Below, piece by piece: positions 36,711-46,365 of a DNA stretch of 64,000 bases. A program made the translations under genes and the position numbers. The number at the start of each line of letters is the position of its first letter. Position 1 is the first letter of the stretch. The notes under the pieces were generated by a model, which was given only the letters and a program-made list of their open reading frames with translations, was not told where the DNA came from and ran no database searches. Source of the DNA: a virus; the IMG/VR virus record IMGVR_UViG_3300049491_000955, positions 18,082 through 82,081 of that record; one strand, 5' to 3'.

Positions 36711-36939
36711 GGCTTATTCTCGCTGCTAATCTTGCTTGTTTCTCTTCTTCTTTTTTCTCGTGCATCTGCTGGAGTTGCATTATCCCTCCTGTTGTCAACA
36801 ATCCCAATCCGACGTAACCCGCTATTTTTCCTCCATACTTTTGAGAACCAAAATAACCCAATCCTACACACCCAATCAAAAACAAAAAGAATAATGCACT
36901 GTTTTTTGCTGTTCCTAAACTTACTTTTTTCTTTGCCAT
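36700..36939 (-). CDS. two-TM membrane protein
   Basis: Likely start MAKKKVS; two hydrophobic helices. Confidence 0.65.
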   Translation of the reverse strand: MAKKKVSLGTAKNSALFFLFLIGCVGLGYFGSQKYGGKIAGYVGLGLLTTGGIMQLQQMHEKKEEEKQARLAARISHEQ

Positions 36940-37111
36940 TTTATTCACTGCGTGTATTACCTGCTCTCTTTCTTTAATATAAATGCACGGGGGTGCAACT
37001 GTCAAGTAAGTGCACCTCTGTTTTTATTATTTCTTAATGATTAAGGGTGAAAGACTGATTCTGCTGTACATTAAGATTGAGGTGCAAGAACAAACAGAAG
37101 GATGCAAAAGG

Positions 37112-37450
37112 ATGCCAAGGCAGCCAAGAATTTACTATATATTGAGTGAAGAAAATTTAGGCAAGCTAAAAGCTTTGGCAGAGAGTGAAGGGCGATCGCT
37201 CTCCAACCTTACCGGGCGATTTGTTGAGGCTGCTTTAATTCAATCCAGTATTCCAGCCGTTGAACCAGGGCAACTAGATCAGACAGAGGAAGTTATTAGA
37301 TTTCTAAGAAAGTTGGCGCAAAGTGATCGCCCTTCAGATTCAGATTGCATTCTTGCCGCACACGACGCTGGAATCCAAGAGGAGGATCTAATTCAATTAC
37401 GCGATCGCTTATTCACCAAGGAGAAAAACGGAAATGGCATTGCTCACTGA
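37112..37450 (+). CDS. RHH/CopG-like regulator, divergent from the membrane operon
   Basis: PRIYYILSEE...KLKALAESEGRSLSNL..RFVEAAL. Confidence 0.75.
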   Translation: MPRQPRIYYILSEENLGKLKALAESEGRSLSNLTGRFVEAALIQSSIPAVEPGQLDQTEEVIRFLRKLAQSDRPSDSDCILAAHDAGIQEEDLIQLRDRLFTKEKNGNGIAH

Positions 37451-38072
37451 TTTAAATTTCGGGCGTGCTCACATCAGTTTGCGGGCCAGTTCAAAAAATC
37501 AAGCCAAACAGTATGTCCGAGAAGCTACTGGATGGAGTCAACAATTTAAGCAAGATATTTATATTTTCTATCCGGGCAATCCGCGCCCTTATAGAATCCC
37601 AGTATTGAATTCAGAATTAAAAGAAAAACAGATGACTAATATTTTATTGCCTGGAATCCAGATTGCAGAAATGCAAATCTCTTTGCCTTTACTCCAAGTC
37701 TTTAGCGAGTTCTTAGAATATCCAGATCGCAAGTCTGGTTTAATTCGGTTGCGAGATGATCGCCAAATTGCTGTTTCAAATTCTAGTCGAGTTTTGATGA
37801 GAGATGGTGACTTGCTTCGCGCAGTCCAACGCCAACGCTCAGATTATTGGTACTTACCAGATTTGGAATTGATTACACAACGAACTCGGCAAGAACTTGA
37901 GCCAAACAACCCCAACAGTTTCTTTGAATTTAGTTGGCGTTCTCCTGGCAAATCAGAAAGTCCTGAGTGGCGAAGATATACCAATCAATACAGACTTGTC
38001 TCTGATGCCTTTGGCGAACTCTACCAAGTCTCTAACAGCTTAGGTTTTGATGTAGTTGCACCCGTCGTTTAA
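37434..38072 (+). CDS. hypothetical protein, possible PAS-like C-terminal domain
   Basis: aggag RBS; C-terminal pattern loosely PAS-like (inference). Confidence 0.6.
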   Translation: MALLTDLNFGRAHISLRASSKNQAKQYVREATGWSQQFKQDIYIFYPGNPRPYRIPVLNSELKEKQMTNILLPGIQIAEMQISLPLLQVFSEFLEYPDRKSGLIRLRDDRQIAVSNSSRVLMRDGDLLRAVQRQRSDYWYLPDLELITQRTRQELEPNNPNSFFEFSWRSPGKSESPEWRRYTNQYRLVSDAFGELYQVSNSLGFDVVAPVV

Positions 38073-38099
38073 GCAGATTTTAACCGCTGCTATTTTTTT

Positions 38100-38318
38100 T
38101 TGAAAAAAACAATTCTTAGTTGCGATCGCTGTAAGAAAGACATCAGCTTTTTTGATGAGCAGTTTAACGAATTTCTGGCTCAAGAATATCCGGGGTTAGA
38201 CATCTGCGCTGATTGCGACGGGCTTCTAGTTTTGGCGTCATCTTTGCAAACTCATGATTTGATTCGTGGAAACAAGCAGGGAACTGCTCTGAAGAAAATG
38301 TTGGAGCAATACAGTTAA
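38100..38318 (+). CDS. small zinc-finger protein
   Basis: CDRC ... DICADC. Confidence 0.6.
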   Translation: MKKTILSCDRCKKDISFFDEQFNEFLAQEYPGLDICADCDGLLVLASSLQTHDLIRGNKQGTALKKMLEQYS

Positions 38319-38608
38319 GCCAGTGCTGAGAAATACCTTTTCGCAGTCGCATCCTCCACAACCTCTCCCAACACTACCTCTCAAAAAACCACACGATTCC
38401 ATTTCTTACTTTTTGCTTACTTTCCATACCAGTAAAAAAAACGCACCTACAAAACGTAAGTGCGTTTAAAATCAATCTTACCAATAGCAATACACAAGAC
38501 AATAGTATTTCTTATTTTTTAAACGCTTCTCTATCAACAAAACTTATCTATACTTTTTTGAGAAAGTAGTATTACAATAGAGACACACTGTCTAAGTTGT
38601 GAACAGAG

Positions 38609-38944
38609 ATGATCGCAGATATACGAATTCAGCACGAGCTAAAGACATGGAAGGAATCTTTTTACTATATTGTTAAGGGAAAAAAACTGGCAGAAGTCCG
38701 GAAAAATGATCGTGATTTTCAAGTTAATCAACGATTAATTCTTTGTGAAGTAGACGAAGAAAATGAGTATCTACCTACTGGAAACAGAATGTCTTTTCGC
38801 ATCAATCACATTATTTATCTCAATGACTGGATTCCAATACTAAAAAGCAAAGAGGAATTATTGGAAGAATATGTAGTCTTGTCTTTATACTTTGTTGGAA
38901 GCCACCTTCCCAATCCACTATTATTTAAACCAAACTTGTTGTAA
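38609..38944 (+). CDS. DUF3850/ASCH-PUA-like protein
   Basis: HELKTW...F..I..GKK.AEVRKNDRDFQV...L.L.E. Confidence 0.85.
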   Translation: MIADIRIQHELKTWKESFYYIVKGKKLAEVRKNDRDFQVNQRLILCEVDEENEYLPTGNRMSFRINHIIYLNDWIPILKSKEELLEEYVVLSLYFVGSHLPNPLLFKPNLL

Positions 38945-39005
38945 AATATCAGAGGGAAACGCGGGAGCTTGGTTCTGTCGCCTGCCGTGACTCGGAACGA
39001 CTACA

Positions 39006-39054
39006 AAAACAAAAGACGATCGCATTCTACACTCGTGCGATCGTCTTTTGTTTT
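39006..39054. terminator. 19-bp perfect inverted repeat with CGATCG cores
   Basis: aaaacaaaagacgatcgca ... tgcgatcgtcttttgtttt. Confidence 0.75.
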
Positions 39055-39239
39055 CAATTCAAATATTCTATTGCCGTCCAATCTTGGAATTCTACATTTA
39101 CTGTGGGAGCGATCGCCCCAATTGGAAAGAAAAATTCTGCCAGCAATGCTCCAATCAAAAAGTAGCTAATTCCTTTGATCAAGATATATTTTTGGTCTTT
39201 CAAGCGTTCCAGAAAACTTTCCATCTTCCCATCCTTCAA
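39054..39239 (-). CDS. small membrane protein
   Basis: One TM segment; overlaps the 3' end of 39166. Confidence 0.4.
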   Translation of the reverse strand: MKDGKMESFLERLKDQKYILIKGISYFLIGALLAEFFFPIGAIAPTVNVEFQDWTAIEYLN

Positions 39240-40563
39240 AATATTCTCGATCCTCTACAATTTCTATTCTTTCCTCATCAGTCATCAGTAAAATCTCTGT
39301 TTTTGTATACACCACATCGCCACAACTGTCCTCAAAAGCAATATCTTCTTGATGTTCTATCTCTTTTTCTTTCCAAGATTCTAATTCCGTCTGTATCCTT
39401 TCCATAAAAATTTCTTTCTCTTCATCTGTTTCTACTCCACAGTAATAGCTAAAGAAATCTTTCTCATCTATAAACCCTCTCGTAGCATAGTTAATAGCCT
39501 CAAACGCCTGATTCAAAACTTCAACTTTCTCTTTCTCTCCTCTCTGATAGTAAGGTTCATAATAATCTTCCAAGTTCATCCCTGACTCTTTCGCTTCTGT
39601 ACTCAACTCAGGTAAAAGTTTTTCCCCTAAATGTGCCAAAGCTACCAGTCTTCTTATGTCTTTTGGAAAAGCTTCCATCATCATTGTTGAAGCAACAGGA
39701 TTATTGTGATCAATGACAATAAAATTTTCCCATTGCTCTGCTGTCATTCTTGTTATCACTTCCATCTCTTGAATTGTCTCTATCAACTTTTCGTGAAAAA
39801 TCTTGTGCAACTTAATATCACACATCAATTTCCTAATCATGTCTCCAAAGTAAATTTGTACCCAAGTCGAATCCATCTGTTCACACTCTTTCTCCGCATG
39901 ATCTGTCAGCCTCAGCCGCTCTTCTCTCATCTGTTTGATCAATCTTCTGTATTCTGCATATATCACATCGTATTTCTCTCTCCATCCCTCTTTAAGCTCC
40001 AATTGTACGTCTACTTGATTGGAATAGTACTGTGTCGCTTCCTTCTCTCTCATCAAGTGATGCTCATAAAGCTTTATATCTTCTTCCAATGCAGCTAATC
40101 TCTGTTCCGTCACTGCTCGATGATCATCTAACTGGATAATTGCAGTGCGATCGCCCCTAAACTTTTGATAGCCTGTCATATCATAAATGTATGCATCTAA
40201 CCCCAACTTGTTTGTCCTTCTAACCGTTTCAATTGCTTGCTCCGTGCATCTCTTCCCTGCTCCTCCTGGCTTGCTGTCAGTATAGTAAGAAAGAACTTCA
40301 CTGGCTAAATCAGATGAAATAATCATTGCTTGCCCCTGTCTCCATTGCTGATCAGAATCAAAATATATTTTTTCAGGGTTCTCAACAAACTCTTGAAAAT
40401 ATTTAGGCATTCTTGGTGTTTTAGCTACTATTTTTTCAATCCAACTGTTTAAAGCTGTATGACTTACTCCAGTAAGATTTGCAAGTTGTCTCAAGCTTAA
40501 TCCTGCTTTCCCTGTTTCTTTTTCAGTAAAAAATCCTTTGCTTTTGTCAAACATTAAAGACAT
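39166..40563 (-). CDS. antirepressor-like N-terminal DNA-binding domain with coiled-coil/acidic C-terminus
   Basis: GFFT...TGKAGLSLRQLANLTGVS resembles the N-terminus of 58266; aggag RBS. Confidence 0.7.
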   Translation of the reverse strand: MSLMFDKSKGFFTEKETGKAGLSLRQLANLTGVSHTALNSWIEKIVAKTPRMPKYFQEFVENPEKIYFDSDQQWRQGQAMIISSDLASEVLSYYTDSKPGGAGKRCTEQAIETVRRTNKLGLDAYIYDMTGYQKFRGDRTAIIQLDDHRAVTEQRLAALEEDIKLYEHHLMREKEATQYYSNQVDVQLELKEGWREKYDVIYAEYRRLIKQMREERLRLTDHAEKECEQMDSTWVQIYFGDMIRKLMCDIKLHKIFHEKLIETIQEMEVITRMTAEQWENFIVIDHNNPVASTMMMEAFPKDIRRLVALAHLGEKLLPELSTEAKESGMNLEDYYEPYYQRGEKEKVEVLNQAFEAINYATRGFIDEKDFFSYYCGVETDEEKEIFMERIQTELESWKEKEIEHQEDIAFEDSCGDVVYTKTEILLMTDEERIEIVEDREYFEGWEDGKFSGTLERPKIYLDQRN

Positions 40564-40567
40564 AATT

Positions 40568-40780
40568 TTAGACTCCTGTTTTTACTTTGAATTTTGTTTC
40601 TGACGCTAACTGTAATCGATGAGCTTCTAATCCTAGGCGGATTAAGTGCGACATCATTGCTTGATCTGAATCAAAGGAAACTCGTACCGACTGCAAATCT
40701 TCTACCAAATCTAATTCACTTCGATAGGTCAATCTTGGTCGTTTGGCTTCGTAACGAGCTTGGGCTTCTGCTTTACTCAT
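40568..40780 (-). CDS. small DNA-binding protein
   Basis: Likely start MSKAEAQARYEAKRPRLTYR. Confidence 0.6.
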   Translation of the reverse strand: MSKAEAQARYEAKRPRLTYRSELDLVEDLQSVRVSFDSDQAMMSHLIRLGLEAHRLQLASETKFKVKTGV

Positions 40781-40831
40781 ACCAATACAATAAATTAATA
40801 AGCACAGACTTGTCAATACTTTTCTAAAATA

Positions 40832-40915
40832 AATAAAGTTTCCAGTTGGTTTTTAAGATTTCCTTGTTTTCTAATGGTTTCAAGGATCAAATTTTCACCA
40901 ACTGGAAACTTTATT
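40832..40915. repeat. 19-bp perfect inverted repeat
   Basis: aataaagtttccagttggt (40832-40850) / accaactggaaactttatt (40897-40915). Confidence 0.85.
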
Positions 40916-41336
40916 GGTTTTTTTCTCAAAATTACACTTCAGTTTTTTGTTAAGATTTGTAACAAAAATAGTCAAAATCGCCGTAAGCTTTGCTGTATAT
41001 AACTTGCGTAGAGTATTCATGTATAATAAGTGTATTATAGGACATTGCACTCTCGTCACAGTGATCCTGTATATATAGTCCCTTACGTGACTACTGTTCG
41101 AGCTGATCTTAGTTCAAATGTACTAATAAGAAAAGAGTCGATTTTCAAGATAGATCTTAGAATCCCAAAGATTGCACTCAAAGGCTTACAACTTGGTAGT
41201 CTTCTCCTCAGCAGGCAAGCGGCAAGCTTGGCACAACAGGAATGGCTCAATAGGACTTAGAAGCAACAGACAAGCCTTGCTGGGCAAAATAAACGCAGTA
41301 GAGACGCTGATTAATCGCAGACTGCTATCTGAAAGC

Positions 41337-41715
41337 TGACCAACTACTGTTCCACTGCCAGAATTCTGCTAGTTTACCCAAGAGATTTTGAGGATGTTTG
41401 AGGATGAACGCATTACCTGGCATACATTACAGGTAACTAACTTTAGAAAAATTTGACTAGTGTGACGGGCAAATAGCTCGTAATTGAGTTGGGGCGATCG
41501 CCTAACCGACTACTGTGACATCGCCAGAATTCTGCCAAGTTACCCAAGAGATTTTGAGGATGTTTGGAGATGAACGCATTAGCTGGCATACATTCCAGGC
41601 GACTAACTTTAGAAAAATTTGACTAGTGTGACAGGAGAAGACTGGGGAATTTGGTTGGAGCGATCGCTTGACCAACTACTGTTCCACTGCCAGAATTCTG
41701 CCCGTCACAGTAGTC
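41337..41715. repeat. 166-bp non-coding tandem repeat (2 full units plus a partial; further partial at 42681-42738)
   Basis: Units start at 41337, 41503, 41669 (tgaccaactactgttccactgccagaattctgc). Confidence 0.9.
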
Positions 41716-41797
41716 AGTTTGAAAAATTTTACAAAAGTATTGCCACAAGTAAGACAATAGTGATAAAGTAAAAAGATAAAGAGCAAAAAGAGCAGAG

Positions 41798-42682
41798 ATG
41801 ACTATTTATTTTGTACAAAACGAAAGAACAAAAAGCATAAAGATTGGATATACCAAAGGTAATTCTTCGGATCGATTAAGAACACTTCAAACAGCGTCTT
41901 GCGAAAAACTTTGTTTATTAAGTCAGATAGAAGGGGATATATTTTTAGAGAAACAATTGCATATTTTATGTATTGATTATCAAATTATGCTTGAGTGGTT
42001 TAAACCAGAATGTTTGTCTGCTTGTGAAAATTTTCTTAAAAAGCCAATAATCTTATGTTGTTATGAATTTGAAAAAGATTCTAGCTCAAATATTAGACCA
42101 AAAGAGAAATTCAGAAGAACTAGAACAAGTAGAATAACTAGAGAAATGATGGACAAAAGTTTATTTAGTTTAGAGCAAGCTGGATTTGTCGAAGTTTTGG
42201 GTTACGAAGGTCTGTATTCTATAAATAAAAAAGGAAATCTTTTCTCTCATAAAACTCAGATATGGATGAAAGGATGTCAAAGATCTGATGGTTGCATGTG
42301 GGTTGGACTAACAAATTCTTCTGGTGTAACGAATAATCACAGAATCGCCAGACTGGTTTTATCAACTTTTGTTGAGCCTCGTCCTAAAGGCGATAGAATC
42401 ATTCACCTTGATGGAAACACACTTAACAACAACCTAGAAAACTTATCTTGGTGCTTTGGTGCTTTTATTCCTTGTTCTTTACCAGGTGGATCAAAAAGAA
42501 GGAATCACGATACAGATCGACTAACAGATCAAGACGTTAGAGACGTTTTTTGGTTTGTCAGTACGAATGTACCTCGAAAAGAAATTGCAATTATGTATGG
42601 GATAACAGAACGGCACGTTTCCAATATTCAGGCTGGAAGAAGACGCTCCAAAGCTTTAGCAGGAATACATTCTTTTGGTTGA
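41798..42682 (+). CDS. T5orf172/GIY-YIG + NUMOD4 + HNH-like endonuclease
   Basis: IYFVQ....IKIGYT; GYEGLYSINKKG; RLVLSTFV...I.HLDGN..NN.LENL.W. Confidence 0.8.
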   Translation: MTIYFVQNERTKSIKIGYTKGNSSDRLRTLQTASCEKLCLLSQIEGDIFLEKQLHILCIDYQIMLEWFKPECLSACENFLKKPIILCCYEFEKDSSSNIRPKEKFRRTRTSRITREMMDKSLFSLEQAGFVEVLGYEGLYSINKKGNLFSHKTQIWMKGCQRSDGCMWVGLTNSSGVTNNHRIARLVLSTFVEPRPKGDRIIHLDGNTLNNNLENLSWCFGAFIPCSLPGGSKRRNHDTDRLTDQDVRDVFWFVSTNVPRKEIAIMYGITERHVSNIQAGRRRSKALAGIHSFG

Positions 42683-42892
42683 GTTGGGGTGATCGCTTGA
42701 CCAACTATTGTTTCACTGCCAAAATTCTGCTTGTCACAAAGCTTGGCAAGACAGTTAAGACATTAAAATATCTTATGCAGACATCTATTCACATAAGATA
42801 TTTGTCTTGTATAATAAAAAGTGGTTTAAGCATTTCCACCGCAGATGTTAGCAATAGCATCTGTTTTTTTTGTAAAATTATAGAGAGAGGTT

Positions 42893-43597
42893 TTGTTTTT
42901 GAGCAAACAGATGAAAGAGCACTTAATAGAGAATTGGCTTATCTCTTCTAACGCAAGGCATTTTGATTTTGATCGGAATCAAATCAACCCCAAAAGTCTG
43001 CGAATGTTTTTAAATCTGTTATTGGCAACTGTGACAAAAAGACTTGACGTTTTAGAACAAGAAGTAGAAATTGCTGAAGCAATGCTTCTTGGAATAGATA
43101 AAGATTTAGCTCTTTTTGGAAATAGATTGCTTCAGCGATTTTTCAAAGATCTAAGGTTAGAAGAAGATTTGTATATAGGGTATTGCGATTTTCTGTTTTT
43201 TTCAGTAGAGAAAGCGATCAAATCTAAAACCTATAGTTATTTAGGGGAATTGATTTTAAGTACAGATGAGTGCAAGAAATGGCGAAAAGATATAAAAGAA
43301 AAGAGTACTGAAATTGATTTGATAATGGGCTGGCAACATCCGCTAAGTCGAGATAAAATCATTAATGGTAGTCAGTTCTTAAACAGTTGGGCTTACGCTT
43401 CTCTTTTTGCTGGATTGGCAGCGAAAAGATTGAAGACAGGTAATTCAGACAAAGCAGTTCACAGACTTATTCAAATGGGCGTGCTGAGAATAGAAGAGGC
43501 TTACACTCGACTGGCCTGCTGTAAATATTTGGATTCAGAATATTTGGAGCTACTGGAGGAGATTCAGCAAAAGCTTCAAGATCAAGTTTCTCGTTAA
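42893..43597 (+). CDS. hypothetical protein
   Basis: 234-aa ORF. Confidence 0.65.
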   Translation: MFLSKQMKEHLIENWLISSNARHFDFDRNQINPKSLRMFLNLLLATVTKRLDVLEQEVEIAEAMLLGIDKDLALFGNRLLQRFFKDLRLEEDLYIGYCDFLFFSVEKAIKSKTYSYLGELILSTDECKKWRKDIKEKSTEIDLIMGWQHPLSRDKIINGSQFLNSWAYASLFAGLAAKRLKTGNSDKAVHRLIQMGVLRIEEAYTRLACCKYLDSEYLELLEEIQQKLQDQVSR

Positions 43598-43628
43598 TTA
43601 TAAGCAAAGTGTTGCGAGTAGTCTTACA

Positions 43629-44135
43629 ATGGAGTATAGTAGAGATGAAGTAAAAAAGAAAAAAATGTTAGAACGAAAGATAGATACAAGACCGAGAGAT
43701 TCTTTAGGTCGTTTAGTGCCAACAAATAACGCTAAAAAAGCAATTAATTTTAAGTTAAAACCAGATGTATTTGATTGGCTAAAAACAAAGCTTAGCTATA
43801 CAACTTATGTAGAGAGCTTGGTTATTCAAGCAAAAACAGAAGAAGAAATGAATTCTTCTGTTAAAATTAATTATTTTGCTGAAAAACTAGCGAAAGTTTT
43901 TGAAGAATTTAAGGTAGTTGAAGAAAGCGAAGAATGGACTGATAATCTGCAAAAACTATTAGAAAAATTAAGAGATTACCGCGTAAAAGTTGCGATTAAT
44001 AATTTCGATTCTTCTCAAGTGTTTTGCCCAGATTGTGGTAGCGACAAACTGACGAAAGATGGTACAACTCTTGTAAAAGATGAGCAGCATCAAAGATACA
44101 AATGTAAAGAGTGCCAAACAAAATTTACTTTTTAA
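43629..44135 (+). CDS. DNA-binding protein with C-terminal InsA-like zinc ribbon
   Basis: CPDCGSDKLTKDG...QRYKCKEC. Confidence 0.7.
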   Translation: MEYSRDEVKKKKMLERKIDTRPRDSLGRLVPTNNAKKAINFKLKPDVFDWLKTKLSYTTYVESLVIQAKTEEEMNSSVKINYFAEKLAKVFEEFKVVEESEEWTDNLQKLLEKLRDYRVKVAINNFDSSQVFCPDCGSDKLTKDGTTLVKDEQHQRYKCKECQTKFTF

Positions 44136-44168
44136 AAAAAGCGGCTTCTTTTTGAAGCCGCTTTTTTT
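44135..44168. terminator. bidirectional terminator
   Basis: aaaaaagcggcttc-tttt-gaagccgcttttttt. Confidence 0.8.
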
Positions 44169-45063
44169 ATGCATTTATTCTGCCGATTGCTTGCTGAAAA
44201 GTATACATTATTTGGTAGTCTGCTAAAGCTTGCGCGGATGTCAAGCCTTGTCCTATACTATATCCGCCAGCGTTCCAATAAGAATATTGAACTATTCCGC
44301 TACTATCATTGTGAGCGAACAGATATATGGACATATCAGTTAAAGCAGCAGAAGCAAAAGCAGTATCAACTCCTTGATTTATTCCGTTATAATAAATAGT
44401 TCCATTGTTGACAGCTATATTGGAACCCATTAATTGTCCTTGCAAAAGAAAAGAATTTTCGTATAAACCTGCCGCAGATCCAGCGATACCAATATTATAT
44501 TCCCATCTATTGGCAGCAGTATTGTGCCGCATAAAGAATCTATTGTTTGAGGCATTTGTACCTCCCAAAAGAGTTTTTACTGTTGTATTTCCTTGCATTA
44601 CGCTAGTGTTCATGCCATAGACAGAAAGATGGCAATCAGTAATATTTCCACCTGGAATGTGTGATAAAGGAATAAATCCTGTTTGTAGATGTTTAAAAGC
44701 ACTGCTGTTTGCTTTTAGTCCTCCAGTTTCACTGTAATCACCTTCAACGAAATTGACATTTGTTAGTTTACTTTGAACGCCTGCGGGGTATTTCAGTTTT
44801 ATCAAAGATGCATTCAGACTATTTCCGCAGAACAATCCTTTTTCTTGAATTCGATTCCATATTCCAGCTTGCTTGTAGGAAATTACTAATTTGTTGACAG
44901 CGTTTAAAGTCTTAACGCTTATTGTTCCTCCGTCAGCAATAATTCTATCTCTGTAATCAATAACTTCTGTGTCATAGACTATTGCTTGGGATGCATTACT
45001 TGCAATATGTTTTGTTCTACTTCCTGGCATATTTTTAGGGTTTTCGTTTATCCAGTTTATCAA
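44167..45063 (-). CDS. putative virion/tail-appendage protein (beta-sandwich)
   Basis: Y..RI.ADGGT...AVN.LV...K..GIW, LQTGF.P, YSIG.GLT pattern. Confidence 0.6.
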   Translation of the reverse strand: MINWINENPKNMPGSRTKHIASNASQAIVYDTEVIDYRDRIIADGGTISVKTLNAVNKLVISYKQAGIWNRIQEKGLFCGNSLNASLIKLKYPAGVQSKLTNVNFVEGDYSETGGLKANSSAFKHLQTGFIPLSHIPGGNITDCHLSVYGMNTSVMQGNTTVKTLLGGTNASNNRFFMRHNTAANRWEYNIGIAGSAAGLYENSFLLQGQLMGSNIAVNNGTIYYNGINQGVDTAFASAALTDMSIYLFAHNDSSGIVQYSYWNAGGYSIGQGLTSAQALADYQIMYTFQQAIGRINA

Positions 45064-45560
45064 ATAGATGCTTCTGTATAGATAGAAACACTAAAAGTTT
45101 GATCTGCATTTGGTGTAAAAGCAGATCTAGATTCAAGCAGTCCAAACAAAGCAGCTTGAGCATAGTTTGGACTGATTTGTAAAAATCTTCCAAAACTTCC
45201 TTCACAAGAAGCAAAATTTCCACTCTGTTTCCAGTCGGTAAAATCAATAACTCCAACAGGAGAAACATTCATTGTTAAGGGTAAATTGTCTACAGCTAAA
45301 AGAGTGCTAGCTGTTAGAGACAGATGTAATCTTAACGCTTCAATATGTGAAGATTTATTGGTAACCAAATATACTCGTGACAAGTAAATACCAAGTGGAT
45401 AGACTGACACAGGGAAATTTAAGCTTCTGGTAACAGTTGGAGAAATCACGTCTCCAATGGAGTAAGCCGTAGTATCTGATGGACGATTAAAGGTGTCAAC
45501 AGAAGTACCAAGATCGTAACAGCGTTTAATAGGAGTCATAATAATCACTAAAAAGATCAC
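45060..45560 (-). CDS. putative virion protein
   Basis: RPSDTTAYSIGDV ... LFGLL....FTP. Confidence 0.6.
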   Translation of the reverse strand: MIFLVIIMTPIKRCYDLGTSVDTFNRPSDTTAYSIGDVISPTVTRSLNFPVSVYPLGIYLSRVYLVTNKSSHIEALRLHLSLTASTLLAVDNLPLTMNVSPVGVIDFTDWKQSGNFASCEGSFGRFLQISPNYAQAALFGLLESRSAFTPNADQTFSVSIYTEASI

Positions 45561-45771
45561 AATATTATACTACATTTCGTCTTTGTTTTTATGCAAAACA
45601 AAGTAAATCAATTTAAATTTGTTTTGCATAAAAACAGGAACTTTCTTTTTATTTTCTCTTCAGTATTCTTTCTTTTTAATAATAATTTTTGTGGCATCAT
45701 TTAGCTCTGTCTAGGTACTTGACTAAGAAGAACAGATTACATACTATGTAATCTCTACCCTTTGAAGTTAA

Positions 45772-46278
45772 GTGTTAGCAATCATGTCAGCTAGTTTTTC
45801 ACAAGTTTTAGATCAGGCACAAAAGAACGTAGCCACTGCGACAAATCAGCAAAAAGAAATAAACATTTTGGCTGCTCATTTAAGTAGAGTTAAAGCGGAT
45901 ATATTGAGTGGATATAAAAAAGCCAGCAATGTTAACGGCAGTGCTGGCTTAGCATATTTAAATGAAATAAAATTCTTTCTTGAGGATATATCTAATGGAA
46001 CTTTAGATATATCAAAGTTTCAGGCAGAGGAAAAAGAAATTAATTTACTGAAAAACACAATCAAGGTCAGGCTAGGCTTTGGCTCCATACATAGACCTAA
46101 GAAAACTACCATAAAGAACAAGCTTCTAAGTGAATTGAAGGTGCTTCCTTTAGGCTCTATTGAACTTGAAAAAGCTTCTCTTCTTCTTGTTAAGATGTTT
46201 GAGTCTGGGATGCATGAGGAGATCTTCTGGGCGATCGCCAAAGAAATTTTAGAGATAGTTGACTCAGTTAAAGTGTGA
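45772..46278 (+). CDS. hypothetical protein
   Basis: 168-aa ORF. Confidence 0.6.
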   Translation: MLAIMSASFSQVLDQAQKNVATATNQQKEINILAAHLSRVKADILSGYKKASNVNGSAGLAYLNEIKFFLEDISNGTLDISKFQAEEKEINLLKNTIKVRLGFGSIHRPKKTTIKNKLLSELKVLPLGSIELEKASLLLVKMFESGMHEEIFWAIAKEILEIVDSVKV

Positions 46279-46365
46279 TTTTGAAGATTTCAAAGAGTTT
46301 AGTTCACTATAGTGAAGTCTCTTTTATTCTTGCTGAAATAAAGAGACTTCACTATAGTTTTGGTA

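Noticed and set aside
41030-41260. 76-aa ORF
   Set aside because: No RBS or motif; lies in the repeat-rich non-coding region
41337-41715. CRISPR array
   Set aside because: Units are 166 bp and similar along their whole length, with no unique spacers and no cas genes
42550-42951. 133-aa ORF
   Set aside because: Overlaps both neighbours and spans a repeat fragment and promoter region
43629-44135. IS1 element
   Set aside because: Only an InsA-like zinc ribbon at the C-terminus; no InsB/DDE domain, terminal inverted repeats or target duplication
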